From the NCBI GenBank assembly GCA_965206595.1, contig OZ242214.1, positions 1,440,001 to 1,504,000 on the forward strand: a stretch of DNA of 64,000 nt. Reading direction: 5' to 3'. Numbering within the stretch: the first letter of the stretch is position 1; every line of letters starts with the position of its first letter. The stretch comes from Candidatus Latescibacterota bacterium (lineage in GTDB: Bacteria; Latescibacterota; UBA2968; UBA8231). The translations under genes and the position numbers were made by a program. Positions 57,319-64,000 of this stretch are shown here, piece after piece. A model generated the notes under the pieces. The model saw only the letters and a list, made by a program, of their open reading frames with translations, had not been told where the DNA came from and made no database searches.

Positions 57319-58410
57319 CTAGTGTCTCGTCCCATGAATTAGCTTAAAAAGTCTGGTCATCTTTGCGAGAATCGATTCGGCCGTCGCCGTCCACACAAAC
57401 GGGTGTGATTGGGCGTTATAGCGGTCGGTGAATTCCTGAATGTTGGCGATCAGGTCCTTCACCTTCTTGAAGGTCCCACGGCGGATGGCTTTCTGCGTGA
57501 GGATGCCGAACCAGATCTCCACCTGGTTGAGCCAAGAGGCGTAGGTCGGTGTATAGTGAACGTGGTATCGCGGACGCGCTGCGATCCACCGTTTGACCTT
57601 TTCGTGCGTGTGCGTGGCGTAGTTATCTACGACGAGATGGATGTCAAGGTCTTTGGGGACGTTTTGATCTATGTATTTGAGGAACTGCAGGAATTCCTGG
57701 TGCCGATGCCGGGGTTTGCATTGGGTCAGGACCTTGCCCGATGCGATCTCGAGCGCCGCGAACAAGGTCGTGGTGCCGTGCCGGATATAGCTGTGCGTAA
57801 CGCTTTCCACATAGCCCAGGCCCAAAGGCAGAATCGGCTGCGTCCGTTCCAGGGCTTGGATCTGGCTCTTCTCGTCGACGCATAACACCATGGCCTTGTC
57901 CGGAGGGTTCAGGTAGAGGCCTACGATGTCTCTGACTTTGTCCACAAAAAAAAGGGTCGTTGGACAGCGTGAAGTGCTTCTGCCGATGCGGCTGCAGACC
58001 AAACGCTTTCCATACCCGTTGAACAGTGGACTTGGAGAGGTTGATCTCGGCGGCGAGGGAACGGCACGTCCAGTGCGTGGCCCCCTTCGGTGGGTGCTCG
58101 AGAGTCGTATGAATCAAAGCGGCGACCTTCTCATCGCTTATCGACCGCGGAGACCCCCGGGGCGCAGTTCATCGTAGAGCCCCATCAGGCCTTGCTCGCA
58201 GAAACGACGGCGCCACTTGCCAACCGAAGCGCCCGACAGCCCAAGATGCTGACCGATCTGTTGATTGGTGAGCCCCTCATCGCTCATCAAGACGATCTTG
58301 GCTCGCCGCACATGCGCATGAGGCAGGCTACGGGAACGGGCCATGGATTCGAGTTGGGCACGAACTTCCTCACTGAGGTCGAGCGGCTCCAGGGGACGTC
58401 CCATTGCCAT
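57319..58410 (-). pseudogene. IS630 transposase broken into three frames
   Basis: MAMGRPLEPL, then IHTTLEHPP, then [11 protein letters not shown]...VDEKS...DNY...LNQVE; indels near 58150 and in the A8 run at 57946-57953. Confidence 0.85.
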
Positions 58411-58493
58411 AGGTTCCTCCTTGCGGTATCGCTACATAGGAACCTACTGAGGAAATCATATTTATTCAATATATTCCTGGGACGGGACACTAG
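57319..58493 (-). mobile_element. IS630-family insertion sequence (transposase frameshifted)
   Basis: IRs CTAGTGTCCCGTCCCAGGAAT and CTAGTGTCTCGTCCCATGAAT; CTAG at both ends. Confidence 0.92.
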
Positions 58494-59283
58494 GAGACTA
58501 TGAAAGAAGAGCGCCGAACCGGCAGCCAGAGGAACGTCGATCTGGGTGTCGAGATCGATATCTTGGCGCTCGGTGAGAGACTCGTTCTGCCTCACGAGGA
58601 TTCTCCCCCAATCCTGTAGGCCCCATGCGTGACTGCGCGGGATGATCTTGAAGCAGCCGTTACCCGCCGTTGCCTCGGTCAGGGCAATGCTCACGGTAAC
58701 GAGAGCAGGAGGATCGATGGGCCAGTACGCGGAATCCTGATGCAGCGCGTGGGCCGAACCGTGAAACGCAGGCTTGAGCATCAGGGTACTTCGGAATAGC
58801 AAAAGATCGAGGGAATTGAGCAGCCTCTGGGCGATTTTTATCACCCTGGAGTGAACTGACAAGACGTTTGAACAGGTCCGAGTGGGTCCCCGTGTCTTCG
58901 ATTTTTCGAAGCACCGGAATTCCCCGATCGCCGTCAAAAGCGCTCTGACCATGAGGTTCGGGTTGAAAACTGCTCCCCGCCAAACCCCCGAGCGTCCTGA
59001 GTTCCGCAGCGACCTGATGTAGTCTGTCCACCTCCGCGTAACAGTCCTCGACTTCGGCAGGCGACAGCAGATCACGGATGACCAAGTACCCCTCGATGGA
59101 GAAGAAGTCGATCTGTTCTGCTGTTATCAAAATTCGAGCCCCACGAGCAAGACGAGAATCTGATCGAGTTCCCGATCAGGAAGCGGAGACCGGAAGGAAC
59201 ATTGGCCATGGGCTGTGAAGGCAGACGAAATCGGATAGATACTACCCCGCCAAATTCCGGGAAGGATCCTGCACAGCCAGATA

Positions 59284-59649
59284 TTAGAAACGCGGTCTTG
59301 ATTCGCCTGAAGGATTGTCCTGGATGATCGGGTCGGATTCGGGCCTGGATTCTTCCGTCGATCCGCTTTGACTCTCCAGACGCTCCGTAAATGTGTTTAG
59401 GCGTTCATCCGCCTCGTTGAGCATGCGCGCCGTCTTGGCGCGCTCCTCCAGCACCTCTTCAGCTATCTCCATGGCGGCAAGAATCGCTATTTCAAAGGGC
59501 GATCTTTTCCCCGCTTCCTCGGCAGCCCGGCGCATTTTTTCATCGAGATATACTGCGGCTTTCTCGATGTACTCGGGGTCTCTGGAATTACTTCCAAGGC
59601 GGAAGTGGTAATCGTAGATGTGGACTAGGACACCATCTTTTTTGGACAT
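59284..59649 (-). CDS. zapA: Cell division protein ZapA
   Basis: VHIYDYHFRL...AAVYLDEKM...IAILAAMEIAEE followed by a coiled coil. Confidence 0.85.
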   Translation of the reverse strand: MSKKDGVLVHIYDYHFRLGSNSRDPEYIEKAAVYLDEKMRRAAEEAGKRSPFEIAILAAMEIAEEVLEERAKTARMLNEADERLNTFTERLESQSGSTEESRPESDPIIQDNPSGESRPRF

Positions 59650-59701
59650 GGTGTTTTTGGCGGGAATGGGGTCACGAAAGGGAATGGACAGAGGTTTTTA
59701 C

Positions 59702-59777
59702 AAAAAAAAAGGGGGGACTTCCGCGATCTCCCCTTACTCCCGGAAGCCCCCTCTGTTGCGCGCACTACCACGTGGTG
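59702..59777 (-). ncRNA. Candidate ~76-nt small RNA or zapA leader
   Basis: Lies between a near-consensus promoter and a GC stem with a 9-U tail; no known family recognised. Confidence 0.4.
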
Positions 59778-59783
59778 AGTCAC

Positions 59784-59812
59784 AGTATATAGTGTGTCTG
59801 AAAATATGTCAA
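59784..59812 (-). promoter_or_regulatory. Near-consensus sigma70 promoter
   Basis: TTGACA-N17-TATACT. Confidence 0.75.
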
Positions 59813-60181
59813 CCATATATTGCGTAATTTTGCTTCTTTTTGGTTTTTTCAGCATTTTTTCCGCAAGGTCCTACGGCACACCAGATTTGCCCCGAAAACC
59901 AATACGGGGACGTTTAGCAAATTGTCGTAAGCCATTCTGTCCCCTTCAATTAGAACTTGACTGGCGGGGCGGCCCTATGGTGAAGGAGGCAGGGGGCTTG
60001 CGCCGAAGGGGTCATCGCCGGACGAGTTGCGCAATTATCTGATTTTTAACATCGTACACCCGTTTTTACATTGGTCCGGTTTGAAACCCACCAGAGCACC
60101 ATCTCCTCACCTCGTCGCTCGACGGGCGCGAAACTCGTCCGTTAGCGATCCGGTTGACCATATTACTGAATCAAGGCATGT

Positions 60182-61390
60182 TTGAACAAGGTTTCCCTTT
60201 CCATAAATAGCCACATACTCATTGTCGGCGGGGGGATCGTCGGTCTCGCCATTGCTTACCGGATGCTCGTTCGTTTTCCTGGCATTCGGATTACCGTTCT
60301 GGAGAAGGAGAAGGAGCTCGCCTTCCACCAGACCGGGCGCAACAGCGGGGTGCTTCACGCGGCTCCCTATTACAAACCGAACTCTTCCAAAGCCCTCCTC
60401 TGCCGCGCGGGATTGAGGGCGCTGACGGAGCTTGCCCGGGAACAGGGGATTCCCTACGAAATCTGCGGCAAGGTCATCGTGGCCAAGGAAGCGTCGGAGG
60501 AGGAGAGGCTACGCAGGCTGTTTTTGACCGCCCGGCAGAACGGAGTGAACTGCGAGCTGTTAGGACGTGAGGCTCTGCTGGACCGCGAGCCCCACGTACG
60601 GGGTACGCAGGCGATCCTCGTTCCCGACACGGGCATCATAGACTATCGGGCAGTTGCCAATCGGCTGGCGGAGTTGATAGCCGCTGCGGATGGGGAAGTT
60701 CGCCTCGGCACCAAGGTCACTGGGTTTCGCCGGGACGGTGAGCGGCAAATCGTGTCAACGGATACAGGGGATTTTCGCGGCGATCTAGTCGTCAATGCTG
60801 CGGGTTTGCACAGCGATCGCCTCTGCGAGAAAGCAGGAGGCCGGCCCGCAGCAAAGATTCTGCCCTTCAGGGGTGAGTATTTCGCCTTGAAACCGGAAGC
60901 CCATTTTCTGTGCAACCATCTCATCTACCCTGTCCCCGACCCCAACCTGCCTTTTCTCGGTGTCCACTTCACACGCATGATAGAGGGAGGTCGCGAGTGC
61001 GGGCCGAATGCCGTGCTCGCCTTTGCGCGGGAGGGCTACGAGTTCTGGGACTTCGATGCTCGCGATTTCTTCGAAACGGTGACCTACCGGGGGTTTTTGA
61101 GAATGGCCTGGCACTGGCGGAAGGTCGGAATGGCCGAGATGTACCGTTCGCTGAGCAAGGCGGCGTTCGTCCGCGAACTGCAGGAGTTCATCCCCGCCGT
61201 GGCGGCGGAAATGCTAGTGCCTGCTCCCGCGGGAATCCGGGCGCAGGCGGTGTTCCCCGACGGGGAGCTCGCCAAAGACTTCGAGATTCTCATCGAGGGT
61301 CCTTTCGTGCACATTCTCAACGCACCCTCTCCGGCAGCGACCAGTTCGCTGGCGATCGCGGATCGCGTGATCGACGGGATAGAGTTCTGA
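60182..61390 (+). CDS. lhgO: L-2-hydroxyglutarate oxidase/dehydrogenase
   Basis: GGGIVG, HQTGRNSGVLH, FRGEY, YPVPDP..PFLGVHFT, GIRAQA, NAPSPAAT; start uncertain. Confidence 0.92.
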   Translation: MNKVSLSINSHILIVGGGIVGLAIAYRMLVRFPGIRITVLEKEKELAFHQTGRNSGVLHAAPYYKPNSSKALLCRAGLRALTELAREQGIPYEICGKVIVAKEASEEERLRRLFLTARQNGVNCELLGREALLDREPHVRGTQAILVPDTGIIDYRAVANRLAELIAAADGEVRLGTKVTGFRRDGERQIVSTDTGDFRGDLVVNAAGLHSDRLCEKAGGRPAAKILPFRGEYFALKPEAHFLCNHLIYPVPDPNLPFLGVHFTRMIEGGRECGPNAVLAFAREGYEFWDFDARDFFETVTYRGFLRMAWHWRKVGMAEMYRSLSKAAFVRELQEFIPAVAAEMLVPAPAGIRAQAVFPDGELAKDFEILIEGPFVHILNAPSPAATSSLAIADRVIDGIEF

Positions 61391-61395
61391 ACCCG

Positions 61396-61929
61396 ATGGC
61401 ATTTCGAGTAAAATGACGAGGCAAGCTTACCTACTATTACAGTGGCGAGAAACCGGTTCTTTCGGCTCTGGTCACCGAAGATCTGGGGAATGGCGATCTC
61501 AGAATTCATTTTGCGGGCCTGACCGGTGGTCACTCCGCGACTGGGATTCTGGGACTCGACGGGGTCCATACCATGAATCCGGCAATGGAGGTGGGACTGG
61601 TGTTCAGGTGCTGGGAGAAATGGCTCCGCGATGCAGGGATATGCGATTCGATTTCCAAGATCGACTTCATCGAGGTGCATGCTTTCGCCGCGCAGCCGAA
61701 GGCGCCCAACCCGGTGCTGGCTCCGCAGCGGTTCGCCGACGAACAGCAGCGCCTATACAATGAATATGCGGAGGCGTACAGCAGCTTTTTCCACGAACAG
61801 ATGCCGGAGTGTGGCGTGCCATCGCGCTTCACCGTCCACGTCGTCGACTTTCCCGACAAGGCCGCCTCGTACGAGTTCTACAGCGTCGGCCTCTACCAGA
61901 AGAGCCTCCACGCGGAGGATGAGGGATGA
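61396..61929 (+). CDS. Divergent Rid (YjgF/YER057c/UK114)-like protein; in-frame TGA at codon 7
   Basis: MAFRVK*RGKLTYYYSG...IHFAG...YSSFF...PSRFTVHV...YEF; the tail resembles the Rid F..PAR..V..LP...E pattern; stop overlaps larA start. Confidence 0.55.
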
Positions 61930-63194
61930 GCCGAAGCTTCGACCTCCCATTTGGACAGCGGGTTTTAAAGCTTTCTCTGCCTGAAGCCGCGGAGGTCGAT
62001 TTGCTGATGCCAGCGGCGCTTGCAGCCGAATCCGACGGAGCATCGATTGTCAGCCGGGCGCTGAGAGAGCCGATCGGCAGTCCGCCCCTGGACGAGGTGG
62101 TCACTTCGGGGCAGACAGTAGCGGTGGTAACGAGCGACAACACCAGGCCCTGCCCATCCCGTCGGCTGCTACCTCCGATTCTCCGCGAACTGCAAGCGGG
62201 TGGAATATCCGCAGACGCCACCACGGTCGTTGTGGCGCTCGGACTGCATCGACCGCTGTCGAACCAGGAACTGCGCGAACTCGTGGGACCCGAGGTGCAC
62301 GATTCAGTGGAGGTTGTCAACCACGATCCGGCCAATGTGGTTCGGATAGGATGGACCAGCGCAGGCACACCGGTGGACCTGTTTCGACCTGTCGTTGGCG
62401 CCGATGTCCGGGTAGGGTTGGGAAATATCGAGTTCCACTATTTCGCCGGGTATTCCGGCGGAGCGAAATCGATTCTCCCTGGGTGCGCCGGAGAAGAGAC
62501 CGTGAGTGCCAACCACGCTCTGATGGTCGAGCTGGGAGCCCGGGCGGGTGTTCTCGAAAGCAACCCGGTCCGGGTCGACCTCGAGGAGGGGGTGGCGATG
62601 ATCGGCCTCGATTTCATCCTCAATGCCATCGTCGACAGCGACCACCGGCTGGTTGACGCGGTGGCTGGTAACGCCACCAATGCCCATCGCCTCGGATGCA
62701 GCATTATGGCCCGGCGAGACGCCGTGGGGGTAGACGGCAAGGCGGATATGGTGGTCGTGAGTGCAGGCGGCAAGCCGTCGGACCTGAACCTGTATCAGGC
62801 CCAAAAGGCGCTTGAAAACGCCGGCGCGGTCGTCAGGGACGGCGGTGTCATTATCTGGGTGGCCGAGTGCCTGGAGGGTTACGGTAATTCGACCTTCGAA
62901 CAGTGGATGCGACAGGCGAACACACCTGAGCAGGTGCTGGAGCGCATCGCCCGGAGGTTCATTCTGGGAGGACACAAGGCCGCGGCCATCGCGTCGGTCC
63001 TGCTCCGAGCGGAAGTCTACCTCGTGTCGGCGATGGGGGTAAAGCTGGATGCCTGCGGAATAATCGGCTTCGAAAGTATCGACTCAGCCGTCCGAGCCGC
63101 TCTGGAGAGGGTCGGCCCCGACCCGGCCGTCGCCGTCATCCCCCACGGGGGTTCGACCTTTCCGATACCGGTCGGAACAACAGAAGCTGCGTGA
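61926..63194 (+). CDS. larA: Nickel-pincer lactate racemase family (LarA homolog)
   Basis: SDNTRP, LGLHR, HYFAGYSGGAK, NH, YQAQK. Confidence 0.92.
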   Translation: MSRSFDLPFGQRVLKLSLPEAAEVDLLMPAALAAESDGASIVSRALREPIGSPPLDEVVTSGQTVAVVTSDNTRPCPSRRLLPPILRELQAGGISADATTVVVALGLHRPLSNQELRELVGPEVHDSVEVVNHDPANVVRIGWTSAGTPVDLFRPVVGADVRVGLGNIEFHYFAGYSGGAKSILPGCAGEETVSANHALMVELGARAGVLESNPVRVDLEEGVAMIGLDFILNAIVDSDHRLVDAVAGNATNAHRLGCSIMARRDAVGVDGKADMVVVSAGGKPSDLNLYQAQKALENAGAVVRDGGVIIWVAECLEGYGNSTFEQWMRQANTPEQVLERIARRFILGGHKAAAIASVLLRAEVYLVSAMGVKLDACGIIGFESIDSAVRAALERVGPDPAVAVIPHGGSTFPIPVGTTEAA

Positions 63195-63524
63195 AGGTAG
63201 TTGGAGAGCGCCTCTCCCTGAGCGCGAGGTCGGAATAGTGGCTGGATGTGAACCCTCTCGGCACAGGCGACAGCCTCTGCAATTCCTTGCTGATCTGGTG
63301 GGTAGCAGTACTCGAACCTCCCGGAAACAGGCCGAATTACCGGACACCCGGTTGCCGCGTCCATCTCGGGTCTTCCTGTCCGGGATAGCAGCCTCAAGGC
63401 ACGTATAGTAGGTGGCCTTCATTTGGTCTACGGCGAACATCCCCTGACACAGGTATTCGGCGAGGGCACAATGTGCATTAGCTATCTGCCCGATATGACC
63501 CCCACATCTCCAAGTGGAGTTTCT

Positions 63525-64000
63525 CTATTTCAGTGCGCCCTGAGCCGGAATCTCGAACAGGTCCAGCTGTGAGCTTGCTGGCTTGGTGACGGTGAAACTG
63601 GAAACACCCACACCAAGTAGCCGGACACCGCGATGGAGGGCTTGAGAACGCTGTAACAACTCCACTGCGAGGTCCGCAACCACCTTGCCGTCGCACAGAC
63701 CTGTTGCGTGTGTCCGTGACCGGGTAACGGTTTCGAAATCCGGGTAGCGAACCTTCACGGTGATTATGCGTCCCAGTAGTCCGCGGCGCTGAAGGCGAGC
63801 GCTCACCTCCTCGCTCAGGCGTTGCAGAGTTGCTCGCATTTCCTCGACACTGAAAACATCCTCCGGAAAGGTCGTTTCGCTGCTGAGCTGCTTTGGCTCA
63901 CGCCTGGGGCTGACCGGGTCATCGTCTCGGCCCAGGGAACGGTGGTGGAAGTAGAGACCCCGTTTGCCAAAATTGTCAATAAGTTTCTTCAGGCCTACTT
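63525..64000 (-). CDS. dinB: DNA polymerase IV, C-terminal part (partial)
   Basis: FGKRG...GRDDDPV...KQLSSETTF..D...ITVKVRY.DF...TRS...VRLLGV. Confidence 0.9.
   Translation of the reverse strand, partial: VGLKKLIDNFGKRGLYFHHRSLGRDDDPVSPRREPKQLSSETTFPEDVFSVEEMRATLQRLSEEVSARLQRRGLLGRIITVKVRYPDFETVTRSRTHATGLCDGKVVADLAVELLQRSQALHRGVRLLGVGVSSFTVTKPASSQLDLFEIPAQGALK

Larger units (their letters stand above)
57138..59130 (-). pseudogene. PhyH family dioxygenase split by IS630 and frameshifted
   Basis: MITAEQIDFF...LHQD...FFHSLL | IS | VHSSGPN; extra base near 58855 and a probable further frameshift in the tail. Confidence 0.85.

Noticed and set aside
57946-57953. Programmed frameshift in the second IS630 transposase
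   Set aside because: Two separate shifts would be needed, and the related element at 2478 is a single ORF; decay or sequencing error is simpler.
59131-59283. 6S RNA expected downstream of zapA
   Set aside because: Only a partial GGCTGTG/CACAGCC pairing over about 70 nt; no long rod with a central bubble seen. An Rfam search is needed to exclude it fully.
59820-60180. AT-rich stretch as oriC or small ORFs
   Set aside because: No DnaA-box cluster, and the short ORFs lack RBS and coding bias; most likely a divergent promoter region.

Overview
GC-rich bacterial chromosomal segment with no rRNA, tRNA or CRISPR array that I could recognise. The gene content (four PhyH-type dioxygenases, many sugar-type dehydrogenases, a secreted protein with a TAVE..SW..VK tail) suggests a Latescibacterota/Gemmatimonadota/Poribacteria-like organism, possibly a sponge symbiont; this is inference. 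Housekeeping genes include dnaK, uvrB, fbp, carB, pyrK, pyrD, rlpA, pcm, rplC, infC, zapA, nnr and a partial dinB, several of them separated from their usual operons. Accessory genes include a GH42-like enzyme, SDR/MDR dehydrogenases, an E1 alpha/beta pair without E2/E3, a sulfite/nitrite reductase module and lhgO-Rid-larA. Two divergent IS630 elements are present: one intact, one frameshifted and splitting a PhyH gene. Best leads: a putative C-terminal sorting tail, the lhgO-Rid-larA 2-hydroxyacid module, a candidate ~76-nt sRNA upstream of zapA, a PncC-like/NadD-like fusion, a GH42-like enzyme apparently lacking its acid/base Glu, a sigma54 promoter on a solo dnaK, and an RBS-sequestering hairpin shared by both IS630 elements. 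Several single-base indels may be assembly errors. All family calls come from motif recognition, not database searches.
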